From assembly GCA_015711795.1 (NCBI GenBank), contig JACVJC010000007.1, positions 5,809-69,808 of the forward strand: a DNA stretch of 64,000 bases, written 5' to 3'. This DNA comes from Candidatus Geothermocultor quzhuomuensis. Its GTDB lineage: Bacteria > Actinomycetota > Aquicultoria > Geothermocultorales > Geothermocultoraceae. Below, one piece after another: positions 47,640 through 57,408 of the stretch (position 1 is the stretch's first letter; every line of letters begins with the position of its first letter). Position numbers and translations under genes: made by a program. Below the pieces are notes generated by a model that was not told the DNA's origin, did no database searches, and was given only the letters and a program-made list of their open reading frames with translations.

Positions 47640-49892
47640 GTGATGAAAAAAGAAATTGATAAGAGTTTGCTTTTTCCTGGATTACCCGCTGAGGAATTTA
47701 ATTTTACCTTAAGACTTTTTCTAATTTTTCTCCTTTTCCCTTGGGATTTTTTATTTCCTATTTTAACTGGGGGCGGCATTTTTTTTGAGATGAGGGCTTT
47801 GATTTATCTCTTTATCTTTTCTCTCTTTATCTGGTTTATTTGGCAACCTGCCTTCAAATATCCATACCTTTCAGTAAATTTATTTATTTTTACTCTTTTC
47901 TTTTCTTCTCTTTTTTCTCTATCTCAAAAGGTTAATTTTCAAGCTTCTCTCGATGGGCTCCTTCTCATTCTTTCCTATTTTATCCTTTTTTTAATCATTG
48001 TTTCGAGTGTTAAAAACTATCAAGAAGTTTTTAAATTTACCTCAATTTTAATTTTTGGTGGTTTTTTACTCTCACTTTATGGGATTTACCAGTATCTTTG
48101 GGGTTTTAAGCAATTAAGGGAGCAAGTTGAAGAGATGCAGCTAGCTCTTCCCGTAGTAAGCAGGGTCTTTGCCATTTTTAGTAATCCTAATTCTTTAGCC
48201 TGTTTGCTTCTTCTGCTTTTACCGTTTTCATTTTTCTCCTTTTTTGAAGAAAAAAGCCGTATAAAGAAAACTTTTTTTGGAATTTCAACAGTTTTTATGT
48301 TAACTTGCTTTTTCTTCACTTATTCTCGGGTTGGTTTTTTTGCTTCTTTAATTTTATTTCTTATTCTTTTTACTGGGATTTTTACCAGTGGCCAAGGAGA
48401 AAAAATTAAATTTTTTTTAGGCTTCTTTGCTTTATCTTTTGTCTTAGGGCTTTTCCTTCACTTAGCTTTCCTCAAGCTCTCTTCTCAAGTTGGTGTTTAT
48501 GGTAAAGCAATCGTAACAGGGTTGGTTGGCAGTGCAGCTGGTCGATTAAACTTATGGCGAGGGACTTTTAAAATAATTAATTTTAATCCTCTATTGGGAA
48601 CGGGAATAAATACTTTTTCCTCAATTTATCCTTTTTATGAGTTTGGCTCATTTTACTCAAAGTATGCTCATAATACCTTTTTTCAAGTTTTTTCTGAAAC
48701 TGGCTTTTTAGGTTTTCTCTCCTTGGTTGGCTTATTTTTTTTAATTTTAAAACATCAATGGGGCTTGTTTTTTGAAAGGACTATGAAGAGAAAAAATTTT
48801 GGCTTAGCAACTTTTGCTACTACTTGTGCCTTTATTGTCCAAAATTTTTTTGATTACCATTGGTATGTTCCAGTGGTTACTTTAACTTTTTGGAGCTTGA
48901 TTGGGTTAAGTTTCTCCGAAGCAATAGTTGGAAAGGACAGAGTAGTAGAAAGGAGGGTTAAAAGCAAAGTTATTCCCACACTTTTCTTTGCTTTTTTGAT
49001 TCTTGTCGCTCTTTCTTTAATGATTGGTTATTTCTATGGGGAAATAGGCAAGGATTTTTTAACCAAAGGAGAAGTTGAAGGAATTACTTATTTGGAAAAA
49101 GCGGTTATTTTTGCTCCTTTTTCCGCTCGCAATCATTCAAGATTATCAGAGGGATATCGGCTCAAAGCCACTTTAGAGCCAAATTCAATACAAAAAAAGA
49201 AATTGTATAAAAAAGCTTTAGTTGAAGCAAAGAAAGCGGTATTTTGGGAACCCTATTGGTCAGAATTTCACGCCAAGTTAGCCTCTCTTTATGGGGAATT
49301 AAAGGAGGAGGAAAAAGCAACATTTCATTTTAAAAGGGCAATTAATTTCTATCCTTCTAATCCCCTTTACCCCTTTTTGCTTGGGGATTTCTTTTTAAAG
49401 GAAAAAAAGTTTTTTGAAGCAGCTAAATTTTTTCAAAAAACATTAAAATATTTAAAATATTATCAACCAGCTCTTACCGATGGTAAAATAACTAGAAAGT
49501 TTGTAAAAGAAAATAATGACCCATTGACCGTAATTGAGAAAGGCTATTTGGGTCTGGGCGAAGCATACTTTCGTCAAGGAGATTTAGAGAAATCTTTAGA
49601 AGTTTATAATAAGTTAATATTGTTGAGTTCGAAAAACCCTTGGGCTTATGCTAAAAGAGGATTATTGTTTAGAGAAAAGAAAATGTATAAAGAAGCAATT
49701 TTTGATTTTAAAAAGGCTATTAAAATTGAAGGAAGGAATGCTAATTTTCATTTTTGGCTAGCTAAAACTTATCATGATAACTCAAAGATAAAGCTAGCCA
49801 AAGTGGAATTGAGAAAAACTCTTGCTTTAAATCCAAGACATGAGCAAGCAAAAAAACTTCTTTTAAAGCTTGAAAAGGGGGAAAAGAAATGA
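47640..49892 (+). CDS. O-antigen-ligase-like (Wzy_C) membrane protein with C-terminal TPR repeats
   Basis: About 12 hydrophobic helices; NPN, TYSRVG, RLNLW, PLLGTG, AHNTFFQVFSETG; TPR-like helices in the last ~280 aa. Confidence 0.85.
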   Translation: MMKKEIDKSLLFPGLPAEEFNFTLRLFLIFLLFPWDFLFPILTGGGIFFEMRALIYLFIFSLFIWFIWQPAFKYPYLSVNLFIFTLFFSSLFSLSQKVNFQASLDGLLLILSYFILFLIIVSSVKNYQEVFKFTSILIFGGFLLSLYGIYQYLWGFKQLREQVEEMQLALPVVSRVFAIFSNPNSLACLLLLLLPFSFFSFFEEKSRIKKTFFGISTVFMLTCFFFTYSRVGFFASLILFLILFTGIFTSGQGEKIKFFLGFFALSFVLGLFLHLAFLKLSSQVGVYGKAIVTGLVGSAAGRLNLWRGTFKIINFNPLLGTGINTFSSIYPFYEFGSFYSKYAHNTFFQVFSETGFLGFLSLVGLFFLILKHQWGLFFERTMKRKNFGLATFATTCAFIVQNFFDYHWYVPVVTLTFWSLIGLSFSEAIVGKDRVVERRVKSKVIPTLFFAFLILVALSLMIGYFYGEIGKDFLTKGEVEGITYLEKAVIFAPFSARNHSRLSEGYRLKATLEPNSIQKKKLYKKALVEAKKAVFWEPYWSEFHAKLASLYGELKEEEKATFHFKRAINFYPSNPLYPFLLGDFFLKEKKFFEAAKFFQKTLKYLKYYQPALTDGKITRKFVKENNDPLTVIEKGYLGLGEAYFRQGDLEKSLEVYNKLILLSSKNPWAYAKRGLLFREKKMYKEAIFDFKKAIKIEGRNANFHFWLAKTYHDNSKIKLAKVELRKTLALNPRHEQAKKLLLKLEKGEKK

Positions 49893-50320
49893 AAGTTTTA
49901 GTTATTCATGGTCCGAACTTAAATTTAACAGGTCTTCGGGAAAAAGAAATTTATGGACAAATGAAGTTAGAAGAGATTAATTCACTCCTTTTAGATAAAG
50001 GAAAAAAGTTAGGCATGGAATTAGATATTTATCAATCTAATCACGAAGGTGAGATAATTGACCGAATTCATCAAGCAATGGAAGTTGATTGCATTATCAT
50101 TAATCCAGGGGCTTTTACTCATTATAGTTTTGCAATTAGAGATGCATTAGCTGCTTGTCAAGTTCCTGTAATTGAAGTCCATCTTTCCAATATTTACGCT
50201 CGAGAAAAATTTCGGCATCACTCAGTCATTTCTCCAATCGCCAAAGGGCAGATCTCTGGCTTTGGTTATCTTAGTTACTTATTAGCTCTTGAAGCAGCGG
50301 TTGAATTAGTTAAAAAGTGA
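49889..50320 (+). CDS. aroQ: Type II 3-dehydroquinate dehydratase
   Basis: HGPNLN, QSNHEG, INPGAFTH, EVHLSN. Confidence 0.97.
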   Translation: MKVLVIHGPNLNLTGLREKEIYGQMKLEEINSLLLDKGKKLGMELDIYQSNHEGEIIDRIHQAMEVDCIIINPGAFTHYSFAIRDALAACQVPVIEVHLSNIYAREKFRHHSVISPIAKGQISGFGYLSYLLALEAAVELVKK

Positions 50321-50330
50321 CCCTTTGGTA

Positions 50331-51395
50331 ATGAAAAAAAGAATTGGACATCTTAAAAAGATAATTAAGGATAATGACTTAGATGGAGTAATTCTAACTA
50401 GTCTATCGAATATTCGTTATTTTACTTCTTTTAGTGGTGCATCCGGTCTTGCTTTTTTGGGGAGGAATTTTTCTTATTTGCTTGTTGATTTTCGGTATTT
50501 CGAACAAGCTAAAATTGAAGCTAGAAACTTTAAAGTAGAAATAGTAGGAAAAAATTTTTTTAATAAATTAGCTGAAATAGTAAAGTCTCACGAGTCGTTA
50601 AAGACTTTAGGTTTTGAAGAGGATAATTTGACCTTTTCTCTTTACCGTCAAGCGAAGGAAAAGCTTAAAGAGGTTAAATTGGTGCCTCTTCAGTTAAGTA
50701 ATGTGAGGATTATTAAGGAGGAAAAAGAGATTGAGAAAATTAAAAAAGCAGCAAAAATTGCTGATAATAGTTTTTCTGAGATAATTCCTTTCATAAAACC
50801 CGGGGTCCAAGAAAACGATATCGCACTAGAGCTTGAATATTTAATGCGAAGAAAGGGAGCAGAGAAAGCTTCTTTTGATATTATTGTTGCTTCGGGAAAT
50901 CGCTCAAGTATGCCTCATGCTAAAACATCAGTTAAGAAAATAAGAAAAGGTGAGCTAATTAAAATCGATTGGGGATGTGTTTATGAAGGTTATTGCTCTG
51001 ATTGTACTAGGACACTTGCTCTTGGAGAGATAGATGAGGAAAAGAAAAAAATTTATTATTTAGTGAAAGAAGCACAAAAAATGGCTTTAGAAATTCTTTC
51101 AGTGGGGAGAAGAGTGCGAGAGATTGATCAGAAAGTAAGAAAACATTTTTCTCGATTTGGGGTGGAGAAAAGATTTGGGCATAATTTAGGACATGGGGTT
51201 GGCTTAGAGGTTCACGAGGCTCCAACTATCAATTCAAAGAGTAAGGAAGTTCTTAAATCAAGAATGGTTTTTACTATCGAGCCCGGTCTCTATTTTGAAG
51301 GAATTGGTGGTGTAAGGATTGAGGATATGGTGGTGTTACGTGAGAACGGTCCAGAAATTTTAACCAGCTTTTCAAAAGAGTTAATTGAACTCTAA
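50331..51395 (+). CDS. Xaa-Pro peptidase (M24B)
   Basis: PHA, DWG...GYCSDCTRT, HNLGHGVGLEVHE, TIEPG, GVRIED. Confidence 0.94.
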   Translation: MKKRIGHLKKIIKDNDLDGVILTSLSNIRYFTSFSGASGLAFLGRNFSYLLVDFRYFEQAKIEARNFKVEIVGKNFFNKLAEIVKSHESLKTLGFEEDNLTFSLYRQAKEKLKEVKLVPLQLSNVRIIKEEKEIEKIKKAAKIADNSFSEIIPFIKPGVQENDIALELEYLMRRKGAEKASFDIIVASGNRSSMPHAKTSVKKIRKGELIKIDWGCVYEGYCSDCTRTLALGEIDEEKKKIYYLVKEAQKMALEILSVGRRVREIDQKVRKHFSRFGVEKRFGHNLGHGVGLEVHEAPTINSKSKEVLKSRMVFTIEPGLYFEGIGGVRIEDMVVLRENGPEILTSFSKELIEL

Positions 51396-51481
51396 CAATA
51401 AGAAGAGTGATGGGTGGATAGTGGTCAGTAGTTAGTGAAAATCAGCTAACAAATTAACTAATAACTGATTTAAAAGGGGGA

Positions 51482-52042
51482 ATGATGATTTCAACAAGTC
51501 AATTTAAAATAGGGATGGCGATTAAGGTTGAGGGAACTATCTATATAATTTTGGATTTTCAGCATGTAAAGCCAGGGAAGGGTCAAGCTTTTGTGAGGAC
51601 AAGATTAAAAAATTTAAAAACTGGTGGAGTCATTGACCGAAATTTTCGAGCTGGTGAGGAAATTGAACAAGCCATATTGGACTTGAGAGAAATGGAATTC
51701 CTCTATTCAGAAGATGACAATTACTACTTTATGGATACTCAAACTTTTGAACAAATAGTTTTGGATAAAGAGAAGGTTGGTGAAGTTAAGAAGTTTCTTA
51801 AGGAAAATTTAGTTGTTGGAATTACTATTCATGAAGGTAAACCCGTTTCAGTTGAACCACCTATTTTCGTTGAATTAAAAGTTGTTCAAACTGAACCTGG
51901 CGTAAGGGGTGATACAGCTTCAGGAGGAGGAAAGCCTGCAACTTTGGAGACTGGTTTGGTTATTCAAGTTCCCCTCTTTGTTAAAGTTGGGGATATAGTT
52001 AAAGTAGATACGAGAACTTGTGAGTATGTGACCAGGGTTTAA
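51482..52042 (+). CDS. efp: Elongation factor P
   Basis: HVKPGKG, PGVRGDT, VPLF. Confidence 0.97.
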   Translation: MMISTSQFKIGMAIKVEGTIYIILDFQHVKPGKGQAFVRTRLKNLKTGGVIDRNFRAGEEIEQAILDLREMEFLYSEDDNYYFMDTQTFEQIVLDKEKVGEVKKFLKENLVVGITIHEGKPVSVEPPIFVELKVVQTEPGVRGDTASGGGKPATLETGLVIQVPLFVKVGDIVKVDTRTCEYVTRV

Positions 52043-52243
52043 ACAGACTTGGTGAACAGGGAACAGTGAACAAATAGCAGCAAGAGCAGTGAGGGAAAAG
52101 AGCTCTTCTGAACTAAGGCAAAAAGTTGCTAACTGCTTATTTCTCACGAGGTTTGGATTGGGAGAGAGTTAAGTTTGTATTCTAAGTTATACCTCAGGGG
52201 CAAAATAGGGTATAATTTTTAATCAAACTTAAAGGAGGTTATT

Positions 52244-54127
52244 TTGGAAAGTAAGCCAATAAAGATTACTGATACTACTTTAAGAGATGCTCATCAATCG
52301 CTTTGGGCTACTCGAATGCGGACTGAACATATGGTCCCTATTTTAGAAAAGATTGACCAAGTTGGTTTTTTCTCCCTTGAGATGTGGGGCGGAGCAACTT
52401 TTGATGCTCCTTTAAGGTTTTTGGACGAGAACCCTTGGGACCGGATTAGGGTGGTTAAAAATCATGTCCGAAACACAAAACTTCAAATGCTCTTAAGAGG
52501 GCAAAATCTTGTTGGGTATCGGCACTATTCAGATGATATCGTGAGGAGGTTTGTGCGCCACGCTGCCGAGTCAGGGATTGATATCTTCCGAATTTTTGAT
52601 GCCTTAAATGATGTAAGAAATTTAATTGTTCCAATTGAAGCTGTTAAAGAAGCAGGAGCCCATGCTCAAGGTGCGGTTGTTTATACTATTAGCCCAGTTC
52701 ACACCCTTGAACACTATGTCGAAACAGCTCATAAGTTAGTTGAGATGGGGGTCGACTCAATTTGTGTTAAAGATATGGCTGGTCTTTTGACTCCTTATCG
52801 AACTTATCGATTAATTGAAAGATTGCGAAAAGAAATCAAACTTCCTATCCATCTTCACTGCCATTATATTGGAGGAATGGCACCAATGAACTACCTTAAA
52901 GGGATTGAAGCAGGGGTTGATATCATTGATACAGCTACTTTTCCTCTCGCATTTGGTAATTCTCAACCAGCAACTGAAATGATTGTTGCTGCTTTAAAGG
53001 ATACTCCAAGAGACCCTGGTTTTGACCTTGAGTTGCTTTATGAAATTGCTGAATATTTTGAAAAAGTTAGGGAAAAAGCCAAGTTTCATCGTGGTGTCAC
53101 TTCACTTGTTCATATGAAGATTTTTTCTCATCAGGTTCCTGGTGGGATGATTTCTAATCTTTACTCTCAGCTTGAGCAACAGAAATCTCTTGATAGATTG
53201 CCTGAAGTACTGGAAGAAATCCCCCGAGTTAGAGCAGAAGTAGGCTTTCCTCCTTTAGTGACTCCTCTCAGTCAGATTGTTGGAACTCAGGCAGTTTTGA
53301 ATGTTTTATCTGGGAAAAGGTGGGCAATTGTCCCTGGTGAGATGAAAGATTATCTCAAGGGGCTTTATGGAAAGCCGCCTGGACCAATTGAACCTGATAT
53401 TCTTAAAAAGGTTCTTAAAGATGAGGAACCAATTGAGTGTCGACCAGCTGAACTTTTAACGGAAACTTTTGAAGATTACAAGAAAGAAATTGGGAATCTA
53501 GCTCGATCAGAAGAGGACATTTTATCATATGCTTTATTTCCTAAAGAAACAAAAGCATTCCTTGAAAGGCATCAAGAAGGAGTGGAAAAAGCTGTTTTTA
53601 TGGTGAGTGGTGAAATTAGAGCGGTGAGGGAGGTAGATACAATGGACGTTTCTCAAATAAAAGAGCTAGTTAAAGTGGTTGAGGAGAGTAATATTGATGA
53701 AATAATTGTTGAAGAAGGGGATGCCAAGGTAATTATTCGGAAGGGGAAAAAAGAGGAAGAAGCCCTTTCTTTAGTTGGAGAGAAGGAAAAGATGGTTCTT
53801 GAAGAAGATAAGCCTAAAGAAACACTTCAAAAGATGTCTGATACAGAAGAATATCCCGACCATTGGAAAGCAATTATCTCACCAATGGTTGGAACTTTTT
53901 ATCGAGCACCTAATCCAGATGCTCCACCTTTTGTTAATGAGGGAGATATAGTTAAAGTTGGTCAAACAGTTTGCATACTTGAAGCTATGAAGCTTTTTAA
54001 TGAGATAAAAGCTGAAGAAGAAGGGGTAATAAGAAAGATTTGCGTTGAGAATGCTCAGCCAGTTGAGTATGGACAACCGCTTTTTCTTTATGAACCTTTA
54101 AACGATAAAAAAGTCCCTCAAGGGTGA
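52244..54127 (+). CDS. Pyruvate/oxaloacetate carboxyltransferase (PycB/OadA-like) fused to a complete AccB-type biotin carrier
   Basis: [40 protein letters not shown]-terminal [11 protein letters not shown] and EAMKL biotin site. Confidence 0.92.
   Translation: MESKPIKITDTTLRDAHQSLWATRMRTEHMVPILEKIDQVGFFSLEMWGGATFDAPLRFLDENPWDRIRVVKNHVRNTKLQMLLRGQNLVGYRHYSDDIVRRFVRHAAESGIDIFRIFDALNDVRNLIVPIEAVKEAGAHAQGAVVYTISPVHTLEHYVETAHKLVEMGVDSICVKDMAGLLTPYRTYRLIERLRKEIKLPIHLHCHYIGGMAPMNYLKGIEAGVDIIDTATFPLAFGNSQPATEMIVAALKDTPRDPGFDLELLYEIAEYFEKVREKAKFHRGVTSLVHMKIFSHQVPGGMISNLYSQLEQQKSLDRLPEVLEEIPRVRAEVGFPPLVTPLSQIVGTQAVLNVLSGKRWAIVPGEMKDYLKGLYGKPPGPIEPDILKKVLKDEEPIECRPAELLTETFEDYKKEIGNLARSEEDILSYALFPKETKAFLERHQEGVEKAVFMVSGEIRAVREVDTMDVSQIKELVKVVEESNIDEIIVEEGDAKVIIRKGKKEEEALSLVGEKEKMVLEEDKPKETLQKMSDTEEYPDHWKAIISPMVGTFYRAPNPDAPPFVNEGDIVKVGQTVCILEAMKLFNEIKAEEEGVIRKICVENAQPVEYGQPLFLYEPLNDKKVPQG
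53642..54127 (+). CDS. accB: Putative internally initiated biotin carboxyl carrier protein (in frame within the fusion)
   Basis: GGAGGT 7 nt before in-frame ATG 53642; [21 protein letters not shown] resembles the AccB N-terminus; 161 aa. Confidence 0.6.
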   Translation: MDVSQIKELVKVVEESNIDEIIVEEGDAKVIIRKGKKEEEALSLVGEKEKMVLEEDKPKETLQKMSDTEEYPDHWKAIISPMVGTFYRAPNPDAPPFVNEGDIVKVGQTVCILEAMKLFNEIKAEEEGVIRKICVENAQPVEYGQPLFLYEPLNDKKVPQG

Positions 54128-54136
54128 AAAAGGAGA

Positions 54137-55486
54137 ATGTTTAAAAAAGTTTTAATTGCAAACCGGGGGGAGGTGGCAGTTAGAGTAATAAGAGCTTGTC
54201 AGGAGTTAAATATTTCAACTGTTGCAGTTTATTCTGAAGCAGACAAAGATTCTCTCCATGTAAAATTAGCTGATGAAGCTATTTGCATCGGTCCACCCCC
54301 TGCGATTAAAAGTTACCTTAACATTCCTGCCTTGATTAGTGCAGCCCAGGTTTCTGGAGCTGATGCAATTCACCCTGGTTATGGTTTTTTAGCTGAAAAT
54401 TCTTCTTTTGCTGAGATTTGTAAATCTTCAGAAATTACTTTTATTGGTCCTTCTCCTCAAGTAATTGAGAAGATGGGTCATAAATCTTTAGCTAAAAAAA
54501 TTCTAAGTAAAGTAGGTTTACCAGTTATTCCTGGCACTAAGGAGCCGATAAAATCAGAAAAAGAGGCCTTAACCTTTGCTCAGGAAGTTGGATATCCTCT
54601 TATTGTTAAAGCGGCTGCTGGCGGTGGGGGCAGGGGGATGAGGATAATTCATAACGAAAAGGATTTATTAAGGTCACTCCAGGTTGCTCAGGCTGAAGCT
54701 CATTCTTCATTTGGTAACTCTGAGGTTTACCTTGAAAAATACTTGGAGGAACCACGCCATATAGAAGTGCAAATTTTAGGGGATAGCCATGGAAATATCG
54801 TTTATTTAGGTGAAAGGGATTGTTCTATCCAAAGAAGACACCAAAAGCTAATTGAGGAGTCACCTTGTTCCATTTTAAGCTCAGAACAAAGGGAATCTTT
54901 AGGTAAGATGGCGGTAAAAGCGGGAAAAACAATTGGTTATCAAAGTGCTGGGACAGTAGAATTTCTGATGGACAATAAGTTTAATTTTTATTTTATGGAA
55001 ATGAATACCAGAATCCAAGTTGAGCATCCGGTTACTGAAATGGTAACAGGGATTGATATTGTTAAGGAACAAATTTTAATTGCTGCTGGTGAGAAGATTA
55101 GTTTTACTCAAGAAGATGTTAAATCTAGAGGTCATTCTATCGAGTTTAGGATTAATGCTGAAGATATTAACAAAAGTTTTTTACCTACTTCAGGTCGGAT
55201 TTTGCGTTACATTCCTCCTGGAGGGATTGGGGTAAGAGTCGATAGCCATCTTTATACAGGTTTTTCAATTACTCCTTTTTACGATTCTCTTTTAGCAAAG
55301 TTGGTTGTTTGGGGAAGAAATCGAGAAGAAGCAATTATTCGGGGGAGAAGAGCTTTGAACGAATTTATTATTGAAGGGGTTCCCACTACTATTCCTTTTC
55401 ATTTAAAGGTGGTTGAAAATGCTTTTTTTCAACGAAATGAAATTTATACCAATTTTGTCTCCCGCCGTATTTTATGTGAGGACTAG
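54137..55486 (+). CDS. accC: Biotin carboxylase
   Basis: IANRGE, HPGYGFLAEN, GGGGRGM, EMNTRIQVEH, RINAED. Confidence 0.97.
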   Translation: MFKKVLIANRGEVAVRVIRACQELNISTVAVYSEADKDSLHVKLADEAICIGPPPAIKSYLNIPALISAAQVSGADAIHPGYGFLAENSSFAEICKSSEITFIGPSPQVIEKMGHKSLAKKILSKVGLPVIPGTKEPIKSEKEALTFAQEVGYPLIVKAAAGGGGRGMRIIHNEKDLLRSLQVAQAEAHSSFGNSEVYLEKYLEEPRHIEVQILGDSHGNIVYLGERDCSIQRRHQKLIEESPCSILSSEQRESLGKMAVKAGKTIGYQSAGTVEFLMDNKFNFYFMEMNTRIQVEHPVTEMVTGIDIVKEQILIAAGEKISFTQEDVKSRGHSIEFRINAEDINKSFLPTSGRILRYIPPGGIGVRVDSHLYTGFSITPFYDSLLAKLVVWGRNREEAIIRGRRALNEFIIEGVPTTIPFHLKVVENAFFQRNEIYTNFVSRRILCED

Positions 55487-55487
55487 G

Positions 55488-55814
55488 ATGGAAAAGGAGA
55501 TAAAGATTTCAACTGAGGTATTAGAGGCGATAGTAATTCAAATAATTTCTGAAATTAAAGGGGTTAGACTTTTAGGAGCGCTTAACGGAAATATTAGCTA
55601 TTTTTTTCAAAAGAAGATTCCTGAAAGAAGTGTGCAAATTTCGTTAAAGGATAAAGAGGTTTTAATAAAGGTTAATCTCTCAATTCAATATGGTGAGAAG
55701 ATTTTAGATAAAGCTCGGGAGGTTCAGGAAGCGGTTAAGAAAACTGTTGAGAGCACATCGGATATTAAAGTGAAAAGCATAGATGTAAATGTAAAGAAAA
55801 TTTACTTTGAGTAG
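55488..55814 (+). CDS. Asp23/Gls24 family protein
   Basis: IKISTEV, YG.KI...AREVQ.AV...VE....V..IDVNV; ATG 55488; accC-asp23-nusB context. Confidence 0.85.
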   Translation: MEKEIKISTEVLEAIVIQIISEIKGVRLLGALNGNISYFFQKKIPERSVQISLKDKEVLIKVNLSIQYGEKILDKAREVQEAVKKTVESTSDIKVKSIDVNVKKIYFE

Positions 55815-55816
55815 CA

Positions 55817-56245
55817 ATGTCAGAAAGGAGAAAAGCAAGAAAAACAGCTTTAGAAATCCTTTATCAAGTGGAAATTAATGAATCATCCCTTGATGAAGTG
55901 ATTAAGAATCGTCAATTTGCTCGAGAAGGTGAATCAATTAGTCAGTTTTGCTTAAGGTTAGTTAAAGGAGTCTTAGATAATAAGGAAAAAATTGATAAAG
56001 TTATTGAGAGATATGCCAAAAACTGGCGAATTGAGAGGATGCCTTTTATTGATAAAAACATTTTAAGAATTGCTCTTCAAGAAATGCTTTTTGAAAATGT
56101 CCCCCTTAGTGTTTCAATAAATGAAGCTGTTGAGTTGGCAAAGACTTATGGAACAATAGATTCAAAAAAATTTGTTAATGGTGTTTTAGGTAAAATTGCA
56201 AGAGACTTAGAATCAGTAAGAGGTTTTTTTGACCAAAAGAGCTAG
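55817..56245 (+). CDS. nusB: Transcription antitermination factor NusB
   Basis: RRKAR..AL..LYQ, INEAVELAK, FVNGVL. Confidence 0.96.
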   Translation: MSERRKARKTALEILYQVEINESSLDEVIKNRQFAREGESISQFCLRLVKGVLDNKEKIDKVIERYAKNWRIERMPFIDKNILRIALQEMLFENVPLSVSINEAVELAKTYGTIDSKKFVNGVLGKIARDLESVRGFFDQKS

Positions 56246-56336
56246 CTTTAAATTTTGTTTAAAAAATAGGAAGGCTGAACAGGTTGCTGGCTTAAATTAT
56301 GGTTCAGCCTTATACTATTAAAATGGTGATAAGAAA

Positions 56337-56537
56337 TTGAGTGAGAAGGATTATTCATTCGATCAAGCTTTATCTCGCTTAAAAGAAATTGCCAAAGAAA
56401 TAAAGAAAAAAGATATAGATTTAGATAAAGCGATAGAACTTTTAGAAGAAGGGATTATTCTCTTTAATATTTGTGGCGAAAAAGTTGACCAGACCAGATT
56501 TGAAGGTGATTTAATTGAAAAAAACACTTCAAGCTAA
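56337..56537 (+). CDS. xseB: Exodeoxyribonuclease VII small subunit
   Basis: SFDQALSRLKEI....DLDKAIELLEEG; directly before ispA. Confidence 0.85.
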   Translation: MSEKDYSFDQALSRLKEIAKEIKKKDIDLDKAIELLEEGIILFNICGEKVDQTRFEGDLIEKNTSS

Positions 56538-57408
56538 AGGTTACCCTCAAGAATTAGTTTTACTGGTTGAAGAAGGTTTAAGAAGATATTTTCCATCTGA
56601 AAAAAAATATCCACCTCAAATTTATCGTGCAATGAATTATTCTCTTTTCTCAGGTGGAAAGAGGTTTAGACCTATTCTTAATATTCTTACAGCAAACTTA
56701 TTTGGCCAAAAAGCTGAATTTGTTTTACCAACTGCTTGTGCTCTTGAATATATTCATACTTATTCACTAATTCATGATGATTTACCCGCTATTGATAATG
56801 ACGATTTAAGAAGAGGTAAACCAACTTGCCATATTGTTTTTGGTGAGGATACGGCAATTTTGGCTGGTGATGCCCTTTTTGCTGAAGCATTTTTTTTAAT
56901 CGCAAGTAAACAGCAAGGAGAATCTGAGAGAGTGTTAAGGGTTATTAAAGAAATTGCTGAAGCAGCCGGTCCTCGCGGAATGGTTGGGGGGCAAATGGTT
57001 GATCTTCTTTTTTCTGGAAAAAAGGTTGATGAAAAAACTCTTACTTATATTCACGAGCACAAAACAGCGCGGTTTATAGAAGCTTCAGCGAAGAGCGGAG
57101 CTATTTTATCTCAAGCTAGTGAAAAGGAGATTGAAATTGTGGCTAAATTTGCTCGCAATTTGGGATTAGCTTTTCAGATTGTTGATGATATTCTCAATGT
57201 AGTGGGAAAAACTGAAAATTTAGGTAAACCGACTGGAAGTGATTTCAAAAGAAGTAAAGCTACTTTTCCATCGCACTTTGGGCTTGAAGAATCAAAAAGA
57301 GCAGCCCAAGACTATATTAAGAAAGCCAAACAATCACTTTTTTCTTTAAAATATAATACTCGTGATTTGGAAAATCTTGCTGATTTTGTTCTTGAAAGGG
57401 ATTTTTGA
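56515..57408 (+). CDS. ispA: Polyprenyl (farnesyl/geranylgeranyl) diphosphate synthase
   Basis: GGKRFRP, HDDLPAIDNDDLRRG, FQIVDD. Confidence 0.95.
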   Translation: MKKTLQAKGYPQELVLLVEEGLRRYFPSEKKYPPQIYRAMNYSLFSGGKRFRPILNILTANLFGQKAEFVLPTACALEYIHTYSLIHDDLPAIDNDDLRRGKPTCHIVFGEDTAILAGDALFAEAFFLIASKQQGESERVLRVIKEIAEAAGPRGMVGGQMVDLLFSGKKVDEKTLTYIHEHKTARFIEASAKSGAILSQASEKEIEIVAKFARNLGLAFQIVDDILNVVGKTENLGKPTGSDFKRSKATFPSHFGLEESKRAAQDYIKKAKQSLFSLKYNTRDLENLADFVLERDF

